The position numbers and the translations under genes are program-made. A stretch of DNA of 51,788 nucleotides, counting the filler, from Dirinaria sp. TL-2023a (lineage: Eukaryota): the NCBI GenBank assembly GCA_051941275.1. It is 3 parts of 3 records of this genome, joined end to end, with 100 filler letters (N's around TTAATTAATTAA, not from the genome) between each part and the next. Parts side by side here need not be neighbours in the genome. Positions count along the whole stretch, not along the records: positions 1 to 17,203 come from JAVEBF010000444.1; 2 more parts are not named here. One strand, given 5' to 3'. The notes beneath the pieces were generated by a model. That model was given only the letters and a program-made list of their open reading frames with translations. It did no database searches and was not told the DNA's origin. Below, piece after piece: positions 1-13,101 of the stretch (position 1 is its first letter; every line of letters begins with the position of its first letter).

Positions 1-967
1 CCATCTTTCTTTTCCTCCTTCACCCTTAACTCACCCACCCATCCAGCTAAATATCCAAGTAAACATCCCAAACACTCATCTAAATAAAATCGACATCCCT
101 CGCTTCCGCTTCCGATTTTCTAAAGGCCTTAAAAGGAAAACGGAATGAAAAGAGTCAGGAAAAGGGATGAAAGGAAAAACAAATGTGATGGAATGGAATG
201 AGAATCTCTAGAGAAAAAAAGAAAGAGAGAGGGATTTCATTGTGATGATGATGAACAGCGATGAGAGGGACTACAAAATGACGAGTTACAAGTGATACAT
301 TGAGGGAAAAAAAGAGCGGCTCTCAAAGGAAGGAAGGGCAAGCGAATTTATTTCATCTACCAGACTGGGGGCGGCGGCCTTTATGAAAACAATTGAAAAG
401 GGCGTTGGTGGAGGAATACGGTATGGTATTGTATAAGACCCGCTGGGGTATCTGCTGCGCAATCACAGTGTGAGAGAGAAATCTCTTTAATCTAACGAGG
501 TGGCATGGCAATAGACTAGGAAAATTGGTGCGAGATGATTGAATGTATATGAGATGCGATGGGTTTTTTTTTTGTTTGTTTTTTTTAAAAAGTCATTCTA
601 CCTGGCATGCTAGATTCCCCATCATCATCATCCAAAGCAAACAAGCGAGTAAAGGAGAGTTATGCACATACGCGTGCGCACTGGCAAGGGGAAGAAAAAT
701 CAAGGGGGCTCCACTGTTTTCCTTCCCCAAATGTTGAACAACGAGAGAATGACCCATCAAGAGTGGGGTTGAGTGAGATCCTCCCATCCTTTACTACGAG
801 TCCCCTACCTACCTGGCATTCTGTTTTCCTGCACGCATTGCAAGCCCAATATTTTTTTTTTTTTTTCCTCTGCCACCTTCCTCAATTCTGCCATCTGTTA
901 CACGCACCGGGCCTTCCGTCACTCTACCCAAGGGTAGCAAGATCGGGCTGAAGAGCCATAGCGAGGC

Positions 968-3769
968 TCATTTCTTGCCATTTCTCGCCTCCTTGAACTC
1001 ATCCTCACTCGCGCTCAGCATTTCATACTCCTCATCAGTCAAGAACCCATCGTCTGTCTCGCTGTCATCGAGATCGAGGTTTTCGACCTCGCCTACCAGC
1101 TCGTCTTCCGCGGCATTGCTAGCAGCTTCCGTCTGTATCGCGGTGCCGTTGGCTGCCTCGTGTGTGCTGGAGACTGGAGATTCTTTATCGAGCTTGGGGA
1201 AGATCATGTGGCTCTCGGATGGCACTGCGGGCTCAGCGGCGGCAGCGACAGGCTTCTCTGGCGCACAAACGGTGATATCGCACCACAGCTTGTGTCCGAA
1301 GGGGAAGCCATCCTGGTCCTTCAAGCGCCAGTAAGAAATTGCCTTGCCCTCACGCTCAGGGGTTCGCATGGCAATCTTGAAGTCGACCTCCTCGCCGACC
1401 TCAACGACGCGGTCATGCACATTGCTTTCCGAAGCCTTCTCTATTTCGCGCTGGTGCGAAGGCTGGCTTGGGTCAACGTCGAACATGCTGTCACCGCCAA
1501 CAAAGCGTACACTGCAGCCGGTGGGCCAAGGATGCGGGCCAGGGTTGCGCAAAGTCCAGACTTGCTCGAATTGGGCGCCTGGTGGAAGTATAGACCCGTC
1601 CACAACAAGATCCCGTAGGAAGTGGGCTTGCAGCTCAGAAGTCCGGGGCGAGGCTTCTGCTTTCTTAATTTCAGCCTTTGCAGGCGACATCGGCGCCGTA
1701 AGCTCAGCTTCTACGACCGCCTGTACTTGGGTTGCGGCATTGGCAGAGGGCGCTGCTGGGGTCGTCTCCGTGGACTTCGAGCTCGTGTGTGGGAGCTGAT
1801 CGCCGACGGTGTATGAATGCTCTCCATTTTCTTTCTCACCAAGTGTAGTGACAGAGACGTTCTTCACCGGGGTCTTGAATTTGATGAGCGGATGGGTACG
1901 GTTATGGCGAGATGTTGGCAGAGCTTCGCAGTTGGCGCAGAAGTCAGTGTCGTGGCAGACTGCGCACTTGTAGCGATCTCCAGAAATATACGTTTGGGAG
2001 CCTTTGCCAATACACAAGGGGCCATCACAGTGGATTCCGTAATGGCGCTGCGGCCGCGTAGTGGGACAGGCGATGGGTTCATACAGCGGGACGAAGCGAT
2101 GCCCGGGATGACTTGTTGAGGCAGTCTTGACGCAGCCTGAGCAGAAGTCCCAGTCGGGGCAGTTCAGACATTTGTGACGGACACCATGAATGTCCTTGAA
2201 AAGCGTTAGCTGATGTCTTTTTTTCTCTCTTCAAGAGCGATTGGGTCATCGTACCTTGTCACAGCCATCGCAGATCGCAGAATGGCGAATGTCACGCCCT
2301 GGAGCCAGAAGCTTGCTGGCCAACGCACTCAGCTTGGTCTCCTCGGATGCGGGCATGAAAGCATGGTTTGGGTGGTGGCCATGCTTTAAACCCATATGGC
2401 AGGAAACGCAGAGGTCGTAGTCTTCGCACACGGTACAAGTTACGAAGCTGCTCTCATCGAAGACTACGTTCATCAGTGTCACGGCCATGTATCACGGCAA
2501 TCTCGAGGCTTACCCCCAACGCAAGAATTGCAGGTACGACTAGTTTCCATAAAGTCGCAAACAGGCTCTTTGGTCTCTGTAGTAAACGCGCCCGGTATCT
2601 CTTTAGGCTCATCGGTGGTAGATTTCTTTGGTGGAACAGTCTCTGTCAGACTTGACGCGACCTTGCCATCTTTCACATAACGCTTGACAAGCCAATGGTC
2701 GTCGTTGTCACAATGGATCTGCTGATTGTAGCACGCCTCACAAATGTCGAAATCGCCATCATCGCATATACTGCAATGGTAATGAGAGTTTGGGATGGCA
2801 TCGTTGCAGATATTGCAACAGATTGTGAACGATGTGCCTGGCGCATTAAAAGGGAGCGCTGTGCTGGAAAACATATTCTTGCGACTGTCCTTAGAAGACA
2901 TACTTGCGAGCTCTGCGTAGAACTGGTCGCGGGCAGGGAAAAGATCTACCAGCGCTTCTTTAGCACCATCCTTGACCTCAGCTTTGTTGAGAGCATATGG
3001 TTTCTTCAAGTCAGGCTCGATGGCATCTTTCTTGACGTTCAACTTCTCAGTAGCGACGAGCAGCTTCTTCAATGCTGCATCCGTCGAATAGGATTCAAGA
3101 TCTTCGCCAGATGTCGGAGGACTGTAAGTGTATGCTGGACGCTGCTGTTCCTCATTGCCCGTAACATTCAAGGATTTGATTGGTTGGCTTGGTTGGCTAA
3201 AGCCGGCAAGGGTATTAAGGGTTTGTATTGCGTCCACACTAAAGTGGTTTGGACCGACCGAGGGAGTATATGGCTGCCCAGTGAGATGATCAGGTACGGC
3301 AGCGGCTGGTGGAGCGGCATTAGGCACTGGCAATGGGTTGGTGCTGATGGTAGCACGGATTCGCAGCTTGAGTTTGGCTTTAGCGGCGCGGTAGAGCTGC
3401 TTGTAGACAGATGGATTATTGCTGTCAAGCTTGATGTAGGCCCCCGCGCTATCAGAGAAACGTTCGAAAATCACGTTCTGATTTGGAGGCACAGCCAGCA
3501 TGGACCGGAGCTAAAATGAACACAATCAGTGCCAGGTTTCCCAAGAACACACGACAGTCTGCGGCCTCATAGCTTGACTTTGTCAAGATATGATGAGGAT
3601 GTCGTCGATGACAAGGCTACAGCTAGCCTGTGAAACGTACCTGGTCTGGTAGAGTGTTTGCTCCAAGCTCTCGCAGAGCTAGCTTGAAGCGTCGATTCTC
3701 TCCATTGTTCAAGGCTATCTTAATAGTGATAGGCGTGTCAGGAGAAGGGGCAGGGTTTGTCGATGACAT
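968..3769 (-). CDS. NBR1: Nbr1-type selective autophagy receptor (N-terminal PB1-like region, four ZZ zinc fingers, FW domain, C-terminal acidic LIR/AIM)
   Basis: Spliced model with exons 3769-3641, 3510-2514, 2463-2255, 2194-968 and GT..AG introns. ZZ motifs: CNICNDAIPNSHYHCSICDDGDFDIC, CNSCV..CTVCEDYDLC, CDGCDKDIHGVRHKCLNCPDWDFC, CDGPLC..YKCAVCHDTDFC. FW domain FEQVWTLRNPG..WP..ISYWRL..FGHKLWCDI. Putative AIM DEEYEML. Confidence 0.9.
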
Positions 3770-4667
3770 GTTTGCGGGGAGGCTGAAGCTGCCTCGGTGC
3801 TGATGACGAATGTCCAGGGGACGTGTGTGAAAGCGAGGAATGATGGAGTAAAGGGAATGAGATTGTGGTTCAGTAGGTCAAGTGCCGATGGCTGTCAGTA
3901 TCGCTATGGGTACTGAAGGTCAAGATAGCCAGGAGATGGCTGATGAAGGGAAATGGATGGGGTGGTGGATGAAGGCGGTGGAAGGTTGAGGGCGAGAGGT
4001 CGGAGGTTAAGTAAGGTAGAGTAAGAGTGACTAGAACCCAGAAGGCAGCAGGAGCGAGGTGGGGGGGGGAAGCCCGAAGAACACACGAATGCCTCACCCA
4101 CTCACCCAGCTACACTTCCTCACTCTGTCACTGGTGGCATTTGATTACTAAGAAACTCCCTATTACGCAGTACTTCATGCTCCGTGCTTGGCGGGCTTGG
4201 CGGGCCCATAGTATGGAAGTGTAAGGTAAGGTACGAAGGTACTTGACTGTACTGGGGTACTGCTTCGTCTGCTATAATTCTATAATCTAGAATCGTTCTC
4301 CAAAGTAATATCTTTATGGCAAACGAAATCTCTCAAAAGACGGACATTCCCGGAGTAGACTGCAGGAAGAGCAGTCTTAAGAATGAAAAGCTCCAAAAAC
4401 TCGCTTTGCAACTCGCAACACTCTGGTCAAGGCCCTTTCCGAGCAGTAAGTAGGTAATACTAAAACATGACTTGAGAAGCAAAGAGCCGAACGCCGTTCC
4501 ACGCTACTGGCCCAAGGGACGAAAAGACTCTATACAAGATTCGAAACCCAATTACAAAGGCATATTGTATCAATGTCGCACGCTTGCAAATGCTGGGAAA
4601 AAAAAGAACACGCTAAGAGCAGGTAACGGAATAGAACGTCGCCCCAAAAGGCTAGGAGAATATTGTG

Positions 4668-6809
4668 TTACTGCGCAGGGTAGAATGTTGCCGCCGACGG
4701 TTGCGGGTAGTAATGGACCGGGGCCATCACGCCCACCCCATCTCCAGGGGGAGGCATGGTGTACCCAGGCGGCGGATAGGACTGGCTCAGCTCTGGATTG
4801 ACAGCAAGCTGCGAGGGATCATAGTAGTAGACCATACCGTTGGTTTCGTGGGCAACTGTGCCTGGTTGGGTAGTCGGTTCGGGCAGTGGAGGGGGAGGAG
4901 GAGCCACAGTGACTGGATAAGCGTACGGTTGACCGGGTATGAACGCTGGAGCAGTTGCAGAAGGCTGGGACTGCTGATTTGGGGCCGTCGGTGGATAAAA
5001 GAATACGGGTGGCGGGTATTGATGGGGGTAAAAGGCCGGCGGCTGCTGAAAGGCGTATGGCTGGAATGGCTGTGCATGGATTGCACGTTCGGGTATTTGA
5101 GAGAGAGGTGTTCCACCGGACTCTTGGCTTGGGTGAGATGGATGACGGAAATGGGGGTATAATGGTGCTTCGGGCTGGTATGGCTGGCTGGACATCTGCA
5201 GCGGCATTTGTTGGTGGAACGGCTGTTGCTGCTGCTGTTGAGGTGGGTTGAATGCTGGAGACTCGATGTCTGCCACGGAAACATTCTTCTGAGGACGAGG
5301 TTGATGCATCGGTAAAGGAGCTGGTCGATTCTCTCGGAATGTGGGGTCTTCCGGGGGTGGGTATGCTGAAGGTTGGGGTAGATTGGCGGTAGCCACTACT
5401 TGTGGATCTGGGACCACATCTTGACTGGTGGTTTGGGTTTGCTCTGTCGCGGGAGGCAAGCGTACGATAGGCTTGCTAGGCTCCGCTACCGTCACCGGCA
5501 GTCGTTGGAACGATGCACTCGTTGGTGAGATAAGAGCCTCCGTGGAGACTTCTCGCGCCATCGATGACCTTCTGCTCATGACCACGCTAGGCGAATAGGC
5601 ACTACCAGCATATGCACTCGTCCTCCGACTCGAGAAGCCGCCGTATCCTCCACTAAAACTTCCTCTTCCGCGCACTCTACCGAATCCTTGCTGGTTGGGG
5701 CGCAAAGCCCTCGGGATGAAGACAAAGGAGCGGTCCACGGAAGGAAAGATATATCTTATTTGCATCTCTGGTATTGATATGCGTACTGGCTTGTCTCGAC
5801 GCAAAGGTGGCCTATGATGCGGCAGCCGAGTATGACGATAGACAGGTACTGCGGAGACCGTGATTGGGCTTGACATGCCGGCCATGTAGACCCTGATTTG
5901 TACATTTCCGGTTTGCACGCTGGCGGAGAAGGACCGGTTCGGCGGTTGTACTCGCGTCTGAGGGGGCTTTTGTGACAATGACGCAACCTCTGCTCGTGCT
6001 AGAGACGCCGGTCCTGATTCAGCGATTGTTTCATGCAGGTCGTGAGCCCAGGGAGCATCTGCTAGATTCGTTGGCTGAGAGGATTGGCTATGATTCAGAG
6101 AGATCAGTGGACAATTCTACGATATCATTCACCGACGTAGGGCAACTTACTTGGTTGAAGAGAACGGACTTGCCGCCACTCCTCTCCCACGACCTCGTCC
6201 ACGACCAAAGGGCCTGAAACCGTTTTGTCCTGGCGCATCAGACCGGTGATCATGCATAAAGAATCCTCCACGATTAGGGACGAAGGTTGGATCGGCGTCC
6301 CTTTTCTTCTTATATTCCTCATGCTCCCGCAGTCTCCTTTCCCCAAGAGTATTCGAGGGCGTCGCCACGTTCGTTTGCTGCGAAGGCAGGGCATCGTGTG
6401 CGGTGGCTTCCGTTACCTTTCCTAAGTCTTCAAAATTGATCTCCTCACCCTCATCGGCCTCGCCCGAGAGCTTCAAACCGTTTATCATTGCGTCGGTATC
6501 CCCCATGACCGTACTGAAAGGGGTTTTGGTCGCCGGGGCAGAGGTTCCATTTCCAGAGTCCTGTGACATCTCTTGAGGCGCATTGATCCCGTTCTTCTGT
6601 TTGTTATCCCTCCCTTCCGAGGGTACAGCGTCGCTTCCGTCACTTCCTTCTGCGTCTGCGTCGTCATCAGCATCACTGATGATCGAACCCTCGCTCAAGG
6701 AGTCATCATCCACTCCGGCACCGATGGACCCTTCCTCTTCCTCTTCCTCGCCCTCATCCTCTAACCTCCTCCTCCGCCGAATGAGGTCTTTACGTCGGGG
6801 AGCAACCAT
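4668..6809 (-). CDS. CASC3/Barentsz (Btz) eIF4AIII-binding domain protein with Pro/Gln-rich C-terminus
   Basis: ATG at 6809 (MVAPRRKDL), intron 6150-6088. Btz motifs PTFVPNRGGFFMHDHR and WAHDLHE are joined by the splice; RG repeats and an acidic N-terminus are present. Confidence 0.8.
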
Positions 6810-7539
6810 TGTAAGACTCACGGATGTCCAGAGGGATGGCAGAAGGCAGGATGATTATGTCAGGAGTGGCGTTCAGCCAGGCAGCCACGCCGGGCCCCAA
6901 GTGTCCTGCGCCTGCCAGTAAGTATGAATGAAAAGGAATTAATACGCCGATAAGCAATAGATGACCAGCACCTACGGGGAAAGGGTATTAAGAGTGTGGA
7001 AAGGATTGCTATGATAAGTATGATGAAAAGTGCTTGACAGTCCGCTCACCATTTTCTTTGCCGGGGACTTTTCCCCGGGCTAGGCGGATTCCGCTTTCCC
7101 CTTTCGGGCAGCCTGAGTGGCTTCAAGTACAGCCAGTAACGTAACTCGGCAAGGTACAGTAGGTATGTACCTCAACATGCATACCTACTTCTATCTTTCT
7201 AAAACTATCGAACTTGATCAGACCTCCGATGTTAAACACACCTTATTCTGACTTGCCGGTAAATGCAGTAGTATACTACAAAATGAAATCCAGACATGCA
7301 GCTCTGAACCCAACCTCAGTTCAGAAGGTATCTTGTAATATCGAAGTATAAGGTAAAGAAGGGTCTATATTACAGGTACCTGGGGGAGCGATGAGCGTCA
7401 TGGCTTGCTCGTGCTTCTCACTCAACCCATGAGTAAGGTAGGGAGTCTGAAGTGGAGTATTAGGTACAGTATCCACGCATGCAATGCAACCTTTTGCTCG
7501 ATAATAAAAACGCATCCAAACGTGGTCACGGTTCACAGC

Positions 7540-9646
7540 CTATCCTCGCATGCCCCCCATATTGGGGCCCATAGTACCTTGTAGCCGACTTGCGAGCTGA
7601 GGATACTTTTCCTGCACCTCCAACTGTGTCCGCGTCGCTTCCGCGTACGACAAGGCATTGACAATCTCCACTTCCGTCCTTGAGAGCTCCGCTGCCCTTT
7701 CGAAGTACTTCAGGGCTTCTGTCACCTTACCTTGCTGTAATAAGAGCTGTGCCATCGTAGCCACGGCGATATCACATTCGGGATCGACTGAGCCGTCTGT
7801 CAATCAATCTGCACGACGTAAATCTTTTGGACTGGACTTACTAATCAACGCTTTTTGGCACAACTTCTCCGCTTCTTGGAAGTCCTGTCTCCACTGGAAC
7901 AGTGCCAGCGCTTTGTTAATCAATGGTAGCACATTCATGCCCATTGGTTTGGTCTGTTTCTCAATCTCAACGGCTGTATCGAATTTTTCAACAGCTTCTT
8001 GATAATTTTGTTGATCCAAGAGGATTTCGCCATAGTAGTTGTATACATCCGGGACCTTGTTAAAATTCTTAATACACCTCCTAAATGTAGCCATGGATGA
8101 AGCGATTGAGCCCATCTTATATTGGGTCACCCCAAGTTGTATGTGTGAAAATATGAAGTCGCGGTCTAGATCGATCGACTTTTGATAGTCCTTAGCTGCA
8201 TCGGCGAATTCGCCGAGGATGAAATGTAGTTGGGCTCGGTGATAGTAGATGTCTGGATCGTCCTTGTTCTGTTCCATTGCTTGTTCAAAGTCTTGAGACG
8301 CCGCATCTCGATTTCCTATCAACGTTTAGTATACGCGTATACCTGAGGTAATAAAAAGTAGCCTACCAAGCTCGAGATGCATGCTGGCTCGCTTGATATA
8401 ACTCTGAGACAGGGTAGGCTCAAGCTCCACACTCCTCGTCAGGTCTTTGAGGGCATCGGCGTTCTCCCCTCTGAGATATCGAAAAGTGCCACGCATGTTG
8501 TAGCCAAATGCTTCATAGTCCCCTAGGTCGCGAAGTTCGAGCGCTTTATCGAATGCCGCAGAAGCGGTCTCGTAGCCTTCACCAGTCTTCTTCCCTATCG
8601 CAGCCAAACCCGCTCGCAATTGACCTTTTGCGGATTCCTCCTCTAATTCCACTGTGTCCTCTAGCCCCTGGGGTGGAGGTTTTGGTCTGAAGCTCTGGAG
8701 GTAGTTGGTGACAAAAGTGGGACTTGGGAGCTTCTTCTCTTTGTTCTCGAGGATTGCCTTCCCTTTAGCTTCTGCGACTTTCTTCAATAATCGTTCCACG
8801 CTTTGCGCACTCTGGTCGTTCCGAAATTGGTCGATGATGCAGCTGGCCGTGTAATCCAGTAAGGCTTCACTGTTTTTCTGGAGATGCTCGTAGGCATTCG
8901 CTCTTCTATTAAGCGCCTTTACGTATTCGCTGTCAAGTGATATTGCGGCTGTGGTGTCTTCGACAACTTTATTCCAATCACCCAGCGCGTTGTAGCAGGC
9001 AGCTCGGTTTGAGTAGAAGATCGGATCGGGTTTGCACAGAATTGCTCTGCCGTATAAATCAATCGCTTCATTGTAGCTCTTATCGCCATATGCTTTGTTG
9101 CCAGCGACTTTGAGTTTTGTTGCATACTCTTTGCGTTCCTGTCCAGATTTAGCCTCAACCTTACCTTATCCTCATCAGTGGGCAAACCTCGTCTGAAAGA
9201 GATCCAACAGTTGACTCGTCAATGTTAGGAAGATCCTCTAAAGGATCTGATTCTATGGTAGCGACTTTGTCTTTTGACTCTAAGGATCAAGTTGTTAACA
9301 AAGCTCTAATGACAGAGGTCGCATTCTCACCTGTTTGTTTCGGCGTCTCTCTTGCCTCTGGCTGGTCTCGCTCTCTCTCCTTTTTTGCCTTTCGTCTCTC
9401 CTTCTTACTTGCTCGCTTCTTATCTCCTGCACCGCTATCCTTTCTCGGGTCTGAGAGATAATATATTACACCTGCACCGGATGCGACGACAACCACACCA
9501 GCAAGTGTGTAAACTACAGCTTTGTTCTCCGATGCCCATGCTGTTATTCGATCCCAGAGAGGTAACGAGGAAGATTGCGAGGACAGGGACGGGGTTTCGA
9601 GAGCGGTGCTGCGCGCAGGCGGGATAGGAATGGTTTCAGCAGACAT
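7540..9646 (-). CDS. TOM70: Mitochondrial import receptor Tom70 (N-terminal TM anchor plus TPR repeats)
   Basis: Introns 9330-9280, 9187-9139, 8366-8316, 7841-7788. Anchor [27 protein letters not shown]; TPRs [19 protein letters not shown] and [26 protein letters not shown]. Confidence 0.93.
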
Positions 9647-10284
9647 ACTTGGACTCACGGGGGTTCGATGGCTAAGCCAGTTGCCGTGCTGGAAATCTGT
9701 CTGAAGCGTGGACTCGCATATGGGCTGAGAGTGTGATCAGATATCCTCTGGAGGATACCCACTTTATTTATTTTTCCCTCTCTTTCAGGAGTTGGGATAT
9801 TCGCAGCAATAATTTCGATTGCCTTGCACAATTTTTGAACATTTTCCAAACTAAGCTAGAATGTTACATTAGATGACACCCTAACGTATCTGTAAGGTAA
9901 AATAATTTCATCACAGGTAACTTACTGACCGTACCACACTCCGTAGAAAACGTGCTCCCAACGAGGAAGATTAAGCCACCTCAGTCGAACTCCTTCAAGT
10001 AGACGCACACCTGGCACTCTGCAGGATTTTCAGCATAAATATAACATTTCAGCGTGGCAAAGAGAAGCGCGGGTTGAGAGGGGTTGAGGTGGAGATCATC
10101 AGTATCAGGGCTCAGTCAGGGTTTGCCTTCTGTTGAGGGTGTGTCTAAGGTACACACTTTTAATCTTCGATGTAGCTTTTCCACCAGCCATGTCAAATAC
10201 TAATTCATGATTGTCACTCATTGCAGGCTATCCAACCAGAAAGTATGAAACAAACCGCAGAATGATTGCGCAATCCATTCTGAC

Positions 10285-11067
10285 ATGTCCGAGGGATCCA
10301 TTCAAAAAGGGGCCGACCTCTGGAGCATTTCTACGTCGCTCCGGAGCGATCCGCAACTCGCCAGCGTTCTGATGTGTCCACATGCAAATTACATGCTTGA
10401 GCATCATCGTGAACGTTTGCTAGCTGCAGCTCATGATTTTGGTTGGCAGGAGGCTGAGCAACGCTTGGGTGGGACGGAAGGTCTTGAGTATTTGATGGCC
10501 GTACTGGATAGCCAGAAAACAGAACTTGTTTCCAAAGTCCGTATCCTTGTGAATGCGAGAGGTCAATTCACTGTCGACCTCTCAGCAACTTCGAAAGTAT
10601 CTATAGAGCATCTCTTTCCTACCAACTTGACGGCAATGAGCACAATCTCTCAGCCAATTTGGAGAATCTTCATTTCTCCAATCAAGACTACGCCGTCAAT
10701 ATTCACTAAGCACAAGACAACCTCTAGAGACTCATATGATGTAGTCCGAGAGCGGATCCCAGCTTGGGCTCGAGCCGCTGCCAATACCGGACTTGAAGCG
10801 GAGATCTTGCTTGTCAACCTCAACGGCAACATCATGGAAGGTAGTATCACCACGCCTTATTTCTTGCGTAAAGGAAAGTGGGTCACGCCGCCTATGACCT
10901 CTGGTGGCAATATAGGAACGACAAGGAGGTATGCATTGGAAAACGGTTTATGCAGTGAGGAGGAAGTCAGATTTGAAGAAGTACAGATCGGTGAGCGAAT
11001 CTGGTTAAGCAACGGCGTAAGAGGTTGGGGTTTAGGAGTCGTGAATGACCTTAGGCACGAGAATTGA
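10285..11067 (+). CDS. PLP-dependent class IV aminotransferase-fold enzyme, probably 4-amino-4-deoxychorismate lyase (Abz2-like)
   Basis: Intronless 260 aa. Motifs HRERL, FTKHKTTSR (PLP Lys), EGSITTPYF, GTTRRYAL and WLSNGVRG. Confidence 0.8.
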   Translation: MSEGSIQKGADLWSISTSLRSDPQLASVLMCPHANYMLEHHRERLLAAAHDFGWQEAEQRLGGTEGLEYLMAVLDSQKTELVSKVRILVNARGQFTVDLSATSKVSIEHLFPTNLTAMSTISQPIWRIFISPIKTTPSIFTKHKTTSRDSYDVVRERIPAWARAAANTGLEAEILLVNLNGNIMEGSITTPYFLRKGKWVTPPMTSGGNIGTTRRYALENGLCSEEEVRFEEVQIGERIWLSNGVRGWGLGVVNDLRHEN

Positions 11068-11135
11068 GGCACCAAGGCGGTAGACCGTCGATTGTGAGCG
11101 AAACCGGCGACTTGGCCGCTGCTCTAAACGCTTCG

Positions 11136-12607
11136 TTACGCTTCCTTGGCCGACTTTTCCTGCCTGAGAAAGTCTATGTCTGCCAGCGATAGCGCATCCA
11201 GCAGCGGGCCAAACTTTATTTTCCTGGAGGCTTCCTGCTCTTGTTCTGACGGCATACCTTTAAACACCAACTGTCGAGGTCTCATAAACTCGCCTCTAAC
11301 CTGGTCGGTGACTGCTTTTCGCCTCTCCCTGAACGCTCCGACATAGTCTTGCAATTCATTTATGCAGGCGGCTTTCATTTCTCCACTTGTGATCTCACCG
11401 CTCTCATAACCGTGTCGTAGCTGCTCAAGTTTTTCATCGTCTTCCAAGAAAAAGGTCAGGTATTGGAATGGTATATCGACGTTAGTTCGGCCACCTTTTT
11501 CTCGTTGTTCTTCAAGCGTCTCTTGCCCCCCGGAGAACGCTTGCCCGATTTTCTTTTTGATTTGCTTTTCAGTGTCGCTTAAGAAGATGCTGGAATCCAG
11601 GTCGGAAGCGCTCATCTTAGATTCACTGCCTTTCAGAGATGGTAGAAAGACTGTGTGGATTATAGCTGGTTTGGGGAGCTTCATCCGTGGAGCATTATCC
11701 CGACACTGGCGAAAGTAAGGATCTTGGTCGATGGCACATGGAATGAGACAGGGTATCTTCGACACTTTCTTGGTGTCATACCCAAAGATGAAAGGGAAAC
11801 TTGTTGCAAACGCGGTAGCGGACTGCATGGCTGGGAAATGAAACTCCGATATGTTGTTGCTGTCGGTAAAGCCAAATGTCCCCCTAATTTGGTTTGCAGT
11901 GGTTCTCTTGCCCATTTCTCTGACGTTCTCATTGAACGCAGCCGAGAATGTGCTCTCCATGAATTGTGTATCTGCGAAGATGAAAGTCTTTTGCATGTCG
12001 AACCCTACTGCGATAATGTCTAGAGCGTTTTGCATGGCAAATTTGCGGCAATCCTTTTGGGTGAGCTTTGCCGTATGGAAAAACTTCTCGTCGTCTGTTA
12101 ACATAATGACAAGCGGGACATTGAACACGTCTTGTAGATATCTGTAGAGTATAAGCCTTGGTGTTCGTATTCAATTGATTTACCCTGGACGTACTTGGTG
12201 AATTCAAAAGGTATAGAATGGCCAACATGCATGCTGTCGCTGCTGGGCCCGCGTCCGGTGTACAGAAAGAAAGGAACACCACTCTCATACTTATCCAGTA
12301 TGACTGTCAGATCACGGTGGCTGAATATCATTCCGCGACGCATCAGTCTATGAGCCTTGTGACCAGTGACTTTCTCAAAGCGCTCAAGGAGAGCCGCGTC
12401 TATTCTGCGAGATCCGAATTTGTCTACGAGCTTATCATAGTCAATGGCTACGGGCCTGCCATGCTCGTCAACACCACCTGATACATCGAAAGGCGTAATG
12501 ACTTGTTCTCTTGATTTGGCTTCGTCTTGAGACTTTGCCGCTAGTGACAGAGCCGTCAATGCCGGAGGTTGACCAGGCTCGTCTGGTATCTGAGACAGCG
12601 TCGCCAT
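11136..12607 (-). CDS. WRS1: Cytoplasmic tryptophanyl-tRNA synthetase
   Basis: Intron 12194-12142. YTGRGPSSDSMHVGH (HIGH-like), CLIPCAIDQDPYFR and KMSAS motifs. Confidence 0.95.
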
Positions 12608-12859
12608 TACCTTGGACTTTCGATCAGAAAGGCCAGACGATAAATTTTATCATAGACAAAGGAATGCAGCCGAAGCAGAGTCCAACGTCTACAGTTCCAC
12701 GTTTTCAGGACTTTGGCAGGCCGCGCCTTGAGAGTCTACGTGCCAAAGAGAAATGCTGTTATGGTCCGCAAAGATGAATCAGGCTATATGTTACCGATGC
12801 ATGAATCTGAAGCTGTTTGTATTTTGTTCAATTCATCCCGCCAATAGACCTTCTATGGG

Positions 12860-12916
12860 TACCTTAAGGTATATTGACTCAGGTAAGGTACTGTAGGTAA
12901 GGTAAGGTAAGGTAAA
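12860..12916. promoter_or_regulatory. Cluster of (GGTAA)n repeats and a TACCTTAAGGTA palindrome in the WRS1/UPS1 divergent promoter
   Basis: Palindrome at 12860-12871; aggtaaggtactgtaggtaaggtaaggtaaggtaaa at 12881-12916. A regulatory role is inferred only from position and recurrence. Confidence 0.45.
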
Positions 12917-13101
12917 ATATCTGAAGTAAGCGTCAAAAATACGATCATGAACCAGGGTGGGGATTAAACATACCGGCTAAGCTAAGGTAGCGCAGCAAGC
13001 GACTACCTCGGCGGAGACTTGCCTTCAACAAGTGAGTTATTTCCCCTTCGAAGAAGTCATTCAACGAACTATTGGACCATCGATGAAACCCTTTCGAGAT
13101 T

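Noticed and set aside
1..960. Purine/pyrimidine-skewed, homopolymer-rich stretch with short ORFs
   Set aside because: Low-complexity intergenic or 3'-flank DNA; no coding or structured RNA signal recognised.
2695..3519. Long antisense ORFs over NBR1, PEP12 (17359-18093), MTR4 (28547-29065) and others
   Set aside because: Shadow ORFs of real genes on the opposite strand, with no recognisable motifs.
12881..12916. (GGTAA)n as an interstitial telomere or CRISPR-like array
   Set aside because: It is not the fungal TTAGGG repeat, is too short and has no spacers. Kept only as a dispersed motif.
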